Shown one piece after another: positions 29,147 to 38,904 of a DNA stretch of 64,000 bases. The notes below the pieces were generated by a model. That model made no database searches. It had not been told where the DNA came from and saw nothing but the letters and a program-made list of their open reading frames with translations. Both the position numbers and the translations under genes were made by a program. Source of the stretch: Cenarchaeum sp. (GTDB lineage Archaea; Thermoproteota; Nitrososphaeria; Nitrososphaerales; Nitrosopumilaceae); contig OZ243037.1 in the NCBI GenBank assembly GCA_965212015.1, forward strand, positions 832,001 to 896,000. Direction: 5' to 3'. The first letter of the stretch is position 1. Every line of letters begins with the position of its first letter.

Positions 29147-29563
29147 ATGCTGCTGCCCGCCGAGATTGAGTCAAAGTCGCTGATTCCGGCGCTTCGCGCG
29201 ATACTGGCAAAAAAGCTCGCCGTTACCCACAATATAAGGGAGGACAAGATATCAAAGATGCTCGGAGTTACGCAGGCAGCGGTGAGCAACTATATCCGCG
29301 GCACCCGCGGGGATCCAAAGCTCATCGAAAAGCTCGGCAGCCAGGAGCAGGTGGCAAGGATGCTCGAGGAGCTAAGCGAGAGTCTGGCATCGGACATGGC
29401 ATACACCCCGTCTAGCCTCTCAAAGTTCATCGGGCTGTGCAACTATATCAAGTCGAGCCTCATCATATGCGACATACACCACAACCTGGAATCCGACATT
29501 GACGAAAAGATCTGCAAGGAATGCGAGAGCATGCTGCTAAAGGGCCCCGGATCCGTCTATTAG
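29147..29563 (+). CDS. HTH transcriptional regulator (COG2522-like)
   Basis: LIPALRAILA, ISKMLGVTQAAVSNYIRGTRG, ICDIH..C..C. Confidence 0.88.
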   Translation: MLLPAEIESKSLIPALRAILAKKLAVTHNIREDKISKMLGVTQAAVSNYIRGTRGDPKLIEKLGSQEQVARMLEELSESLASDMAYTPSSLSKFIGLCNYIKSSLIICDIHHNLESDIDEKICKECESMLLKGPGSVY

Positions 29564-29841
29564 GTCCGAGCCAGCGTGATTTCTATTATCGAGAGGGTCC
29601 TTCCCAGCTTTGTGACCTCGTCGCTGTCGACTGTGATTTTTTCGACTGTTACCGTTCCCTTCATGATCTTTTCTGAGATTATGTTGGCAATGGCCACCGC
29701 GCTGGGGATGAACTTGCCCTTGGCCCTCAGGACGAGTGTCTCGGACTTTGCCAGCCTGTCATAGACGTCGATTGCCACATTCATTACGGGATCGTCATAT
29801 ACCTCAAAGATAAGATCGGCATCGGGCGTAGTCATGAGCAT
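29560..29841 (-). CDS. Alba-like nucleic-acid-binding protein
   Basis: LVLRAKGKFIPSAVAIA and C-terminal LSIIEITL match the Alba pattern. Confidence 0.75.
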   Translation of the reverse strand: MLMTTPDADLIFEVYDDPVMNVAIDVYDRLAKSETLVLRAKGKFIPSAVAIANIISEKIMKGTVTVEKITVDSDEVTKLGRTLSIIEITLART

Positions 29842-29893
29842 TATACGGTATTGTTGGGGTTTTCAGTTCATTTAAATTTTAAGAATGATTCGT

Positions 29894-30334
29894 TCATTTG
29901 AAATAGTCTATCGGTATGTTCTGATAGTCGCTGTTTGGAAGAATCCTCCGGATTATGATCGGGATCACCCTCTTGTCGAGCTCCTCCATTGCAATGTCAA
30001 GCGACGTCCTTGCCGTCTCTGGAATCACTATAAACGCCGGCGCCCCCAGCGAGAGCTGCAGCGCGCGGGCACCCATGATTCTGGCCTTTTCAAACCGCGT
30101 CAGCACGGGCGGCCCTATCATTACCTTCTCAGAGGTGATCTGCTGCGGTTCGTGATCAATGTCTATCTCTACTATCTCCCTTGCCTCGATCTCTTTGATC
30201 CTCGTCTCCAAGTCCTCCTGCTGCGACTCTGTCAGCTCGTCGACTTCGATTAGTTTTCTGTACGTATCAAGGGCCTTTGCCAGTCCCGCGTCAATCTCTG
30301 CGGCATCGGCTAGCTGTTCGTTTGTATCCGACAA
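29894..30334 (-). CDS. rpoK: RNA polymerase subunit Rpo6 (K)
   Basis: [29 protein letters not shown]. Confidence 0.96.
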   Translation of the reverse strand: MSDTNEQLADAAEIDAGLAKALDTYRKLIEVDELTESQQEDLETRIKEIEAREIVEIDIDHEPQQITSEKVMIGPPVLTRFEKARIMGARALQLSLGAPAFIVIPETARTSLDIAMEELDKRVIPIIIRRILPNSDYQNIPIDYFK

Positions 30335-30472
30335 GTGACATATTCTCAAAAATCGGTTTAATAACCCCTTCTTTTGGCGCATGGCAGGCCGTGCCGCAGG
30401 CCCGTCTTCTGCCTTCCCGGAAGGGCGGCGGCCTCCCAGAGATTAAATATCCAGGCCCCGTACCGAGACGGG

Positions 30473-30856
30473 TTGAGCAAGTCCATATCAAAGACCATTC
30501 TGGTACTGGAGGTGAGGGGAAAGTGCAGCATTACGTGCGAGCTAAAAAGGCACCTCTCGCCGAGAACCATAGGCTATGTCCTGCGCGCGCTGCCGCTAAA
30601 GGGCAACGCGCACCGCATGGGAAGGGGAATAGTATACCTCGAGTCACCTGTGGATTCCGGAATAGAGCGCTCGCGCGAAGAGTTCAAAAAAGGCGACGTT
30701 GCATTTCTGCCGGCAAACGGCGGCATTTGTTTTTTCACCAGGGACGGTGCGCCCAAAGCCGCGATGGGCATAATAGGAAGGGCCACAGGCGACGTGGAAT
30801 CGTTGGACGGAATAGAACCTGGCGACGTAATGGAGCTTTATGCCGCAGGCTTGTAG
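30473..30856 (+). CDS. Cyclophilin-like (TM1367-type) protein
   Basis: SPRT, KGDVAFLPANGGICFF, IIGR. Confidence 0.8.
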   Translation: MSKSISKTILVLEVRGKCSITCELKRHLSPRTIGYVLRALPLKGNAHRMGRGIVYLESPVDSGIERSREEFKKGDVAFLPANGGICFFTRDGAPKAAMGIIGRATGDVESLDGIEPGDVMELYAAGL

Positions 30857-31152
30857 ATGTAATGTCCGCTGTGGCCGCCGACTTTTTGCACGGCGCCGCT
30901 GCTTGTCGCACCTCTTAGAAACGCGTTGGCAGCAGAAATCTTTACCCCCGTCTGCCTTGCCAGCTCGTGGGCCGTGATGACTTTGGCGTTTTTTATAAAC
31001 TTGGAGGCCTGCGCCTCTGTTAGTGTAACCGTTATCTCTGCCTTTGGGGAGCCGCCTTCGGACTTGTCTGACTTTTTGGATTTCTTAGAGCCGGACTTTT
31101 TGTACTGGGACTTTTCCTTTTGTGCCGGCGACTTGTTCTTTGATCCACCCAT
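30838..31152 (-). CDS. rps25e: 30S ribosomal protein eS25
   Basis: MGGSK lysine-rich N-terminus; VITAHELARQTGVKISAA, HYIY. Confidence 0.85.
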   Translation of the reverse strand: MGGSKNKSPAQKEKSQYKKSGSKKSKKSDKSEGGSPKAEITVTLTEAQASKFIKNAKVITAHELARQTGVKISAANAFLRGATSSGAVQKVGGHSGHYIYKPAA

Positions 31153-31486
31153 ATGGTTTTCCAGAAACGCTCCTCTTATAAACGAACATTGCAGGCCGGC
31201 ATCGTACACGGAGCATGTCGGATATGGCGCACCGCAGGGGCGCTTGGGCGTCTGATTCAAGCTTTAGGAATGCGTGTGGCCAGTCTGGCATCCCACGGAT
31301 GCTACATGCCGGAAATAGTCCCCGTGCGTCCTGCCCGCACAGTCAGACCCCAAAAGTTAAAGATTATGACGGTACACGGATGCGGACCTGATGATCCGAC
31401 TGCAGGATAACAGATTTGGGGGGGTCGGATCCTAGTATGGGTAAATACATCGATAAGACTTTATGTGAAGGTCTTGAAAGGTAGTC

Positions 31487-32224
31487 ATGATCCTGCCTGC
31501 AAGGGCAAAATGGTTGCTCGTCATAATAGGTTCAACACGGTATGTTGAAGGCGTGACCAGACTGCACAAATATGGAATCATAATCCATAACAAGTTTTCC
31601 AAAATAGGGTTTTATGACGACTGGCAGGCGGATAAATTCGGCATGTACTCCGTCGAGCTGGCAAGTGATTTAAAGCTGTTACAAGAAAATGATTATGTCG
31701 ATACAAACCACGTCACAAACGAATGGAACAAAAAAGTCCCGAGAATTTCCATTTCTGACAAAGGCAAGGATGCAATTCGGGATTTGGTTAAAGAGTTTCC
31801 CTCCCAGGCAAGTGGAATCTGCGGAATATCCCAGGCATATTTCAACAAATCGCTAAAGGAGCTAATAGCAGACGCCTATACGCTGTATCCGATATATGCC
31901 AGAAAAAGCATAATAAAGCCCGAAATTAACAAAGCTATGGCCAAAGCGGATCCATTTTTCAACCCAGAGTTTGAGATCCCGTTTGAAGCGCCGGAAAAAT
32001 TAAAATCCGACATGTCGAATCTGATCGCCGGACAAGCATCCGAATACCCGTACAATGACGAGGATATTAGGGAAAAACTTGCAAAATCAATCGGCCTGTC
32101 CGAAATTCCCAAAATAGATCCGCGCTCTTTTGACAGATTGTCCGGAATACTTGGAGACAAACTAGGATTCGGGGATGTTGACTCAGTAGAGCTGGTTCGC
32201 TCCGTACGTGGCTCAGATTGTTAA
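31487..32224 (+). CDS. Putative antitoxin: SocA/Panacea(DUF4065)/YwgA-like N-terminus with a VapB-like tail
   Basis: GVTRLHKY...FGMYSVELASDLKLL resembles TxLQKL...YGPYSxELxxDL; C-terminal DSVELVRSVR; overlaps the PIN gene start. Confidence 0.6.
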   Translation: MILPARAKWLLVIIGSTRYVEGVTRLHKYGIIIHNKFSKIGFYDDWQADKFGMYSVELASDLKLLQENDYVDTNHVTNEWNKKVPRISISDKGKDAIRDLVKEFPSQASGICGISQAYFNKSLKELIADAYTLYPIYARKSIIKPEINKAMAKADPFFNPEFEIPFEAPEKLKSDMSNLIAGQASEYPYNDEDIREKLAKSIGLSEIPKIDPRSFDRLSGILGDKLGFGDVDSVELVRSVRGSDC

Positions 32225-32795
32225 AAAAATATATAGATACAAATATTCTGATTGCATATGCGCTAGGTGAAAAATTTGAAAAGATACAATATCCAAAGGC
32301 AAAAATAATTTTCGAACAAATAAAAACGGTGGATTCATCTGGGTTATCTCTACTCTGACTTTAATCGAAATAACAGGCGCATTACGAACACGTTTGGGAA
32401 AAAAGACAAATGCTTTACAAAAAATAGATAAACAAAATCAAGGCATACATATTAAAACAGAAGCTTCAAAGCTTTATGCGGCATTAATTGATGAGATGCT
32501 GCAGATGCCAAACATCAAGTTTGAGAAAGGCCGACGGATCAATTTTCAAACGGCGTTGGATGATAGCTTGGACATAATGGATGAGATTGTCGGCTTTGTA
32601 GAGTTTAAACGAAATGTAAAGTATGGCAAACTGGAATCTATCAATTCCAACTATAAGCAAATTCTGGTGGCGGATATTCTTCATGCCCTGCTGGCAAAGG
32701 ATATCCAATGTGATCATTTTCTGACATTTGACAGGGGGTTTGAAAGTGCCAAAAACATAGAGAAATTCCAATCATTAAATATAGAAATTCATTAA
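32218..32795 (+). pseudogene. PIN-domain (VapC-like) toxin, frameshifted
   Basis: TTG 32218 gives MLKKYIDTNILIAYAL...EQIK; the frame changes at the A-run 32322-32326 into NGGFIWVISTLTLIE...ADILHALLA...FLTFDRGF. Confidence 0.8.
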
Positions 32796-33068
32796 AAACC
32801 TCATTTTAACGCATGTGAAAAATATAATCCCTATTGGTCATATGCAACTATAGTACGGCCCTAATGAATTGATGAAAAATATGGAGGTCGGTTATTGCCA
32901 GACTGTATTTTGGCGATCACCGTATTTGTGGCGATCCCGGCTGCGCCTTCTATGCCCAAGGCCGTTTCGAGTCATTTTCAGATCGCGGATCAAGAGTTTT
33001 TTAGGATCCCAGCAGTCTAGGCGCCGTTTGGATTGAGACTATAAATAGCACGTAACCGTTGCAACTGC

Positions 33069-33281
33069 ATGGGCATAGTATCCAGGGGTTCAAAGTGCAA
33101 CATTGCCGGGTGCGGCGAGGACGGCGCAAGATCCCTCAATACCAAAAAGGTGGAAAACGCAGGCCTTGATGTGGCAGGCGGGGCCAAAAACACAGTCCTG
33201 TGCAGGACCCACTATAAAGAGTGGAAAAAGATGACAAAGGACGATCGCGCGCTAGAGCGGGCAAGATACGACAAGTTTTAG
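33069..33281 (+). CDS. Small Cys/His protein (putative zinc-binding)
   Basis: CNIAGC...LCRTHYKEWKK; TATAAA box about 25 nt upstream. Confidence 0.8.
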   Translation: MGIVSRGSKCNIAGCGEDGARSLNTKKVENAGLDVAGGAKNTVLCRTHYKEWKKMTKDDRALERARYDKF

Positions 33282-34402
33282 GCCTTGCGAATCCGTTTTG
33301 AGCGGGACCTGTACCTGTCATCGAGTATGTCATAGAATTCGTCGGGTTTTTTGAAATAGTCCCTCTTTAATTTGTCATACATGGCGCCGAGCCTTTTGTA
33401 GAGCCGCTTTGGCTTGCGCCGCTTTTGGTTGCTCAGCACGTACAGCGCAAGAATCGGAAACGCGACTGTGGCATCGGCATAGACTGTCACCAGATCCCGG
33501 TGCGCGTCTTGGACCTTGCCCCAGCTTTTTCCCTCCTGCAGCGTGGCGCCGGACAGCCCCCCGGTGTCGGGCCGGGCGTCGGTAATCTGCACGATATAGT
33601 CCTGCCCGCCGTTTCCGCGGCGCAGTATCTGATCTAGCAGCGGCCCCGTCTGCTGTGCGGTGTTCTTGGGCACGCCCCCGCCAAGCTCCACTATGCCGGA
33701 CTTTTTTGCGGCGTGCACGATTGCCCCCTGCTCTATTATCTCGCGCACAAAGTCCAGATTGTACGTCTTGCCGCGCAGCCGGTGTACTGCCAGGTTCAGC
33801 GCCAGCGACGAGTCCTTGAGGGTAGAGACGTATACCGGCACGTCGTACTTGAACGCAGTGGCCACAAAGCTTTTTTCCGGAAACCTCGACTTTTTGTGGC
33901 TAATCTCCCCTATCAGGTTGCAAAACTCTGCGCTGGTAAACGGCCCGTCCTGGAGCCTTTGCTTGAACATTTTCTGGATTATCTGGTCCTCGAACTCTAG
34001 GGTCTCGTAGAACTTTATGAACACGTCGCGGATTCGCACTATCTGCCTGTCATACAGCACGGAATCGTCGACTTCGGAGTGGCCCTGCTTTACTGGCAGG
34101 CCCCACGCAAAGTGATCCTCGTGGTACACGTTGGCGCCGGTGGTTACCATCCAGTCCACAAAACCGCGCTCAATTAGGGTCTGGAATATCCCCCCGAATC
34201 CCACCGGTGCCATCGCGCCGGCGGCGGTAAGGCAAATTGTCGCGCCCTGCCGGATCATCTTTGCATAAAGCTTTGCCGCCTCGCCCAAGCTCCTGCCGTT
34301 AAAGCCGCTTGCCGCATACACGTCGACTAGATCCTCGATGGTCATCTTTGGGGTGAGCTTGATGTGGGGAATGTCCCTTCCCCGGAAATGATGATGATCC
34401 AC
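33278..34402 (-). CDS. Deoxyhypusine synthase family protein
   Basis: TTGANVYHE, GGGVPKN, DTGGLSGATLQEGKSWGK, DAT. Confidence 0.93.
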   Translation of the reverse strand: MDHHHFRGRDIPHIKLTPKMTIEDLVDVYAASGFNGRSLGEAAKLYAKMIRQGATICLTAAGAMAPVGFGGIFQTLIERGFVDWMVTTGANVYHEDHFAWGLPVKQGHSEVDDSVLYDRQIVRIRDVFIKFYETLEFEDQIIQKMFKQRLQDGPFTSAEFCNLIGEISHKKSRFPEKSFVATAFKYDVPVYVSTLKDSSLALNLAVHRLRGKTYNLDFVREIIEQGAIVHAAKKSGIVELGGGVPKNTAQQTGPLLDQILRRGNGGQDYIVQITDARPDTGGLSGATLQEGKSWGKVQDAHRDLVTVYADATVAFPILALYVLSNQKRRKPKRLYKRLGAMYDKLKRDYFKKPDEFYDILDDRYRSRSKRIRKA

Positions 34403-34429
34403 GGGGGGGAGAAATTCTTAATACTAATA

Positions 34430-34783
34430 ATGGTTGTGATCGCCCAGTTGAAAATCATCGATCCCGCCATAAGGCGCGCAAGTTCAGGGCCGCAAAAAAC
34501 CGTCACCGTCTCGTCGCAGGACTTTGCACAGTACGGCCGCACGATCAAAAAGATCGAGCTGATACAGTACGTGGAGAGAACCGACGAAAAGCTCGGCCCG
34601 TACTCGCTTATTACCTCCAGAGTCGAGACGGACGCCGGAACAGTAGAGATGGTGTACGACAGGGGCTTTAGGGGCCCGGATGCGCTGGACTCTGCGTCAA
34701 GGTTTCTCTGCGGGAGCCTCGGGATATCAGGCCTGGTACTGCGCTCGATTATCGCGCTGGACGCAGGAAAAAACGATTCATAA
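34430..34783 (+). CDS. Hypothetical protein
   Basis: ORF upstream of and co-oriented with thrS. Confidence 0.7.
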   Translation: MVVIAQLKIIDPAIRRASSGPQKTVTVSSQDFAQYGRTIKKIELIQYVERTDEKLGPYSLITSRVETDAGTVEMVYDRGFRGPDALDSASRFLCGSLGISGLVLRSIIALDAGKNDS

Positions 34784-34797
34784 CATTTAATTCAATT

Positions 34798-36660
34798 ATG
34801 CCCGAGTCTGAATCCGTGCGCATCCTGCAGCTACACTGCGACCACGCAGAGTACACCCCCACAAAAAAAGAGATTGCCTCGGCCGAAGACGCCACGACGG
34901 AGACGAGGCGCTTTGAGGAGATACTGGTGGCCTTTGTCGCAGTCGAAGAGGGTGACGACTCGGGCGTGGCCAGAAGGGCAGTCACACAAATCAAAGAGTC
35001 CCTCGGAAAAATAGGCTGCAAAAGGCTGCTGCTTTATCCGTACGCCCACCTCAGCTCCGACCTTGCCGCACCGCCAGTCGCGCTTGGGCTCATAAAGGAG
35101 ATGGAGGCGCACTCGTCCGGCCTTGACGTGTCCCGGGCGCCGTTTGGATGGACAAAGTCCTACAGCGTCAAAGTCAAGGCGCACCCCCTGGCAGAAAGCT
35201 CCAGGGTGATTACCGCAGATCAGGACGACGCACCTGACGCGCTAAGCTCAGAGTCCAAAATCGAGTCGTTCTGGCACATACTGGATACCGAGGGAAACCT
35301 GCACGAGGTGTCCGGTTTTGACTTTTCGGGGCACGAAAGCCTGGAGGCGCTGGCAAAGTACGAGTCGGCAAAAAAGCGCGCATCACCCCAGCCCCCGCCG
35401 CACGTGGGCCTGATGAAAAAGATGGCCATAGCGGACTATGAGCCGGCGTCGGATGCGGGAAACATGAGGTTTTATCCTAACGGCAGGCTCATAAAGTCGC
35501 TAATCGAGCAGTACGTCACGCAGCGGGTAAAACAGTACGGCGGATACGAGGTGGAGACTCCGATCATGTACGACTCGCACCACCCGAGCATGATGAGCTA
35601 TTTCAACCGGTTTCCGGCAAGGCAGTACAATATCAACTCGGAGGGAAAGAGCCTTTTTCTGAGGTTTGCTGCGTGCTTTGGGCAGTTTCTGATGGTAAAC
35701 GACTTTCAAATGTCATACAAGAGCCTGCCGTACAGGCTGTACGAGCTCACCCGGTACAGCTTTCGGCGCGAACAGTCCGGCGAGCTAGTCGGGCTGAGGC
35801 GGCTGCGCGCATTTACAATGCCGGACTGCCACGCATTCTGCAAGGACATGCCGCAGGCAATCGAGGAGCTAAAAAAGCGCTTTGAGCTCTCGCGCGACGT
35901 AATAGACAAGCTCGGAATACCCGCCAAAAGCTACGAGATGGCGGTGCGCTTTACAGAAGAGTTTTACGGCCAGAACAGGGACATGATACACGAGCTGGTG
36001 CGGCGGCACGGAAGGCCGGTCCTAGTCGAGATGTGGAAGGAGAGGTTTTTTTATTTCGTGCTAAAGTGGGAGTTCAACTATATCGACGGCACCGGAAAGG
36101 CCTCTGCACTCTCCACCGATCAAATCGACGTGGAGAATGCAAAAAGGTACGGAATAGAGTTCGTCGACGAGGGCAACTCGATGCAAAACCCGGTAATACT
36201 GCACAACTCGCCTAGCGGCGCCATAGAGCGCATAATATACGCGCTGCTGGAAAACGCGGCGGCAGACGCAAAGAGGGGCAAAAAGCCAGAGATGCCCCTG
36301 TGGCTGGCCCCGACCCAGGTGCGCGTGATTCCGCTCAAGGAAGAGTTTACAAAATACTGCACAGAGCTTGCAGATAAAATTGCAGGATGCGGCGTGCGCG
36401 TCGACGTTGATGACAGAAACGAGAGCATCGGCAGGCGCATACGCGACGCAGAAAAGGAGTGGATAAGGTACATACTGGTAATAGGGCAAAAGGAGGTTGA
36501 TTCGGGCAGCCTGAGCGTCCGTGACAGGCGCCTCGGCGACACGGCAGAGACCGGTGTTGATGCGTTCGTGGCCGGAATAAAGGAGCAGACAAAAGAAATG
36601 CCGTTTATGCAGCTCAACGTGCCGTTTTATCTCTCAAGGCGTCCGCAGATAATGGTGTAA
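34798..36660 (+). CDS. thrS: Threonyl-tRNA synthetase (archaeal editing domain)
   Basis: RILQLHCD, YPYAHLS, RFAACFG, FRREQSGE, PDCH, PLWLAPTQV. Confidence 0.98.
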   Translation: MPESESVRILQLHCDHAEYTPTKKEIASAEDATTETRRFEEILVAFVAVEEGDDSGVARRAVTQIKESLGKIGCKRLLLYPYAHLSSDLAAPPVALGLIKEMEAHSSGLDVSRAPFGWTKSYSVKVKAHPLAESSRVITADQDDAPDALSSESKIESFWHILDTEGNLHEVSGFDFSGHESLEALAKYESAKKRASPQPPPHVGLMKKMAIADYEPASDAGNMRFYPNGRLIKSLIEQYVTQRVKQYGGYEVETPIMYDSHHPSMMSYFNRFPARQYNINSEGKSLFLRFAACFGQFLMVNDFQMSYKSLPYRLYELTRYSFRREQSGELVGLRRLRAFTMPDCHAFCKDMPQAIEELKKRFELSRDVIDKLGIPAKSYEMAVRFTEEFYGQNRDMIHELVRRHGRPVLVEMWKERFFYFVLKWEFNYIDGTGKASALSTDQIDVENAKRYGIEFVDEGNSMQNPVILHNSPSGAIERIIYALLENAAADAKRGKKPEMPLWLAPTQVRVIPLKEEFTKYCTELADKIAGCGVRVDVDDRNESIGRRIRDAEKEWIRYILVIGQKEVDSGSLSVRDRRLGDTAETGVDAFVAGIKEQTKEMPFMQLNVPFYLSRRPQIMV

Positions 36661-36792
36661 TCATCCGGTGTTATCCGGGATGTCAGTTGCCGTGTACGGT
36701 TTCTGGCAGGAGTTCGGCACGGATTCAGGCGCGATCGTGCAGCACGCCGGGCCGGGGGGAATCTTTTATAGTGCATGCAATCCTAGGCGGAC

Positions 36793-36954
36793 ATGGGCCT
36801 GTTTGGAAAAAAGGACAAAAGCGGCACAAAGTGCGAGCAGTGCGGCACCGAGCTGCACGATCCGGAGAGGCTAAAGCGGCACATGAAAAAGGCGCACGGA
36901 AACATTCCCGAGAAAAAGCAGGACGGCCAGGGATCAGACGGCGGAATGTGGTAG
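36793..36954 (+). CDS. 53-aa C2H2 zinc-finger protein
   Basis: MGLFGKK..KCEQCGTEL...RLKRHMKKAH; TTTTATA box about 25 nt upstream. Confidence 0.82.
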   Translation: MGLFGKKDKSGTKCEQCGTELHDPERLKRHMKKAHGNIPEKKQDGQGSDGGMW

Positions 36955-36959
36955 GCGCA

Positions 36960-37238
36960 ATGGACGAGGCAAGAAAGCAGCTCCTCGTGTTTGCCGGCGC
37001 GTTTGTCGCAGCCGGGCTGGTGATCGCCACCGTGGTGTTTCCGTTCTGGAACCTGATAAGGGAAGACGTCTATGAGCAAGTCGAGATACTCGACAACATA
37101 AACGGCGTATGCTATGTGGAGACTGACGATGACGTTCCAAAGACCATACAGGACTGCAGCGCGCTGCCTGGCGACACAGTCGAGATTGTGTTTGGCAGGG
37201 ATCTGGCCTGGGCTGCGATCGTAGAGCCGCAGCAATAG
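36960..37238 (+). CDS. Small membrane-anchored hypothetical protein
   Basis: MDEARKQLL, one TM helix, C..C domain. Confidence 0.75.
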   Translation: MDEARKQLLVFAGAFVAAGLVIATVVFPFWNLIREDVYEQVEILDNINGVCYVETDDDVPKTIQDCSALPGDTVEIVFGRDLAWAAIVEPQQ

Positions 37239-37322
37239 GCGGCACCTGCGAGCTAGCGGCGGCAAAATCTGATCGCACCACGAATCGCTAGCAATAAATC
37301 ACGTATATTATCCACGGTTTTC

Positions 37323-37607
37323 ATGGCAGAGCTAGAGCACAAGTACGAAGTCGAGGTAAAGACGGCAGAGGAAAAGCAGCGCATCCCAGACGACGTAAAG
37401 GCGGAGCTAAAGGCATCTGGCATAATGGACGAAAAGGGAAAGATAAAGCTAAAGGGGGTCAGCCCAAAGATGCTCAAGCGGATGAAGCAGGAATACGTGG
37501 ACTGTCCGGTTCTGGAGGCAAATACGCATTTCATAAAATGCTTTGTGTGCCCCAACTTTCAAAGCAGGGTTACCGGCAAGGTGCTCTGCAAGGGCGACAA
37601 GCTCTGA
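37323..37607 (+). CDS. Hypothetical Cys-motif protein
   Basis: VDCPV...FIKCFVCPNF...VLC. Confidence 0.75.
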   Translation: MAELEHKYEVEVKTAEEKQRIPDDVKAELKASGIMDEKGKIKLKGVSPKMLKRMKQEYVDCPVLEANTHFIKCFVCPNFQSRVTGKVLCKGDKL

Positions 37608-37648
37608 GGCGCAATAGCAATTAATACGGCCGCGTCCCCTCCCGTACC

Positions 37649-38059
37649 GTGGATTGCGTGTTTTGCAGGATTGTGGAGGGAAAAATACCGGCCAGGATCA
37701 TCTCAGAGACTGGGAAATCTATCGCATTCATGGACGCGTTTCCGCTTGCCCCGGGCCATTCCATAATAATACCAAAGAGGCACCACGAAAAGATTCAGGA
37801 CATTCCGGAGGATGAAAACGCGGATCTGTTCGAGACTGTCAGAAGGGCCATGTCAAGGATAGACGAGCTTACCGGCGCGACGCTGATGGCAGTACACAAC
37901 GGCAGGCAGAGCGGCCAAGAGATCCCGCACGTCCACGTCCATCTGGTCCCGCGCAGCACCTCTGACGGCGCAGGGCCCATACACAGCATGTTCAAAAACG
38001 CGCCGCAGATTACCGGTGACGAGTCCTTTGCGCTGTATGACAGGCTAAAGTGCCTATAG
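37649..38059 (+). CDS. HIT-family hydrolase
   Basis: CVFC, D..PLAPGH, HVHVHLVPR. Confidence 0.96.
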   Translation: MDCVFCRIVEGKIPARIISETGKSIAFMDAFPLAPGHSIIIPKRHHEKIQDIPEDENADLFETVRRAMSRIDELTGATLMAVHNGRQSGQEIPHVHVHLVPRSTSDGAGPIHSMFKNAPQITGDESFALYDRLKCL

Positions 38060-38701
38060 CGGATAAAGCCGCGCCCTCTTGTCCTTGTCCTCGACTATGA
38101 TTGCCTTTGTCGGGCACGTCTCTGCGGCATTCATTATCTTGTTGAATCCGGCCCCCCTCTGGTTGATTACGGTGGACTTTGGATTCATGCCAGAGTCGGC
38201 GTTTATGTGAAACACGTCGGGCGCTATGGTCTCGCAGCTCTGGCACGCTATGCACAGCGAGGGGTCCACCTGCACCGAGAGGTTCGGCCTTGCCTTGGGC
38301 TCTGCTGCCTTTGCATATTCGCCGTTTCTGCCGTCGGCGTTTATTGTACTGTTGTATTGCTGCCAGAATTTTTTTTCATACTCTTTCCAAAAGTCCGGGT
38401 TTTCGTCCTCAAACTCTTTTGTATGCCGGGACCAGTCCTGCTCTGGGGCCTTTGCGCCTGGCGGCGGGCCCCACTGCCTGCTTGTCCTGCGCCCGGGCTT
38501 TACTGGCGATCTTTTGCCAGAATCGGTGGACTGTTTTAGCACATTGTACGCCTCGTTTATCAGCCGGAACCTTTCGCCGTCATTGTCCGATCCCCTGTCC
38601 GGGTGCAGCTCGAGGGCCAGCCTCCTGTATGCCGCCCTTATCTCAGAAAACGTGGCATCAGACCCTACCTCGAGTGTGGCGTATGCCCGTGACGCATCCA
38701 T
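38054..38701 (-). CDS. DnaJ-ferredoxin fusion (DnaJ-Fer)
   Basis: J domain with HPD; C-terminal CIACQSC..IAP and CPTKAI; TTTTTAA box about 24 nt upstream of ATG 38701. Confidence 0.92.
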   Translation of the reverse strand: MDASRAYATLEVGSDATFSEIRAAYRRLALELHPDRGSDNDGERFRLINEAYNVLKQSTDSGKRSPVKPGRRTSRQWGPPPGAKAPEQDWSRHTKEFEDENPDFWKEYEKKFWQQYNSTINADGRNGEYAKAAEPKARPNLSVQVDPSLCIACQSCETIAPDVFHINADSGMNPKSTVINQRGAGFNKIMNAAETCPTKAIIVEDKDKRARLYPL

Positions 38702-38904
38702 GCTGTCAGTTATCCGTACCATGTTAAAAATAATTCCGTCCCGGTTCTGCTGTACAACAGGGGCTAGGCGCAAAAGGGGGACTTGAACCCTCGAATCCTT
38801 GGGAGGCATGGCCGTTTTTTTCCAATTCCCAAGTAATGCCGCAGCTGATCTGGTGCGATCCCCGGAATATAGTAACCCAAATGATGCGCCTGGCAGTACC
38901 AGTG

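Noticed and set aside
30405-30435. SRP RNA helix 8 (CCCGGAAGGG)
   Set aside because: Lacks the flanking CAGG/AGCA internal loop, and the gap is too short for a ~300-nt RNA
31388-31432. Hammerhead ribozyme (CTGATGA plus stem)
   Set aside because: No GAAA after the stem
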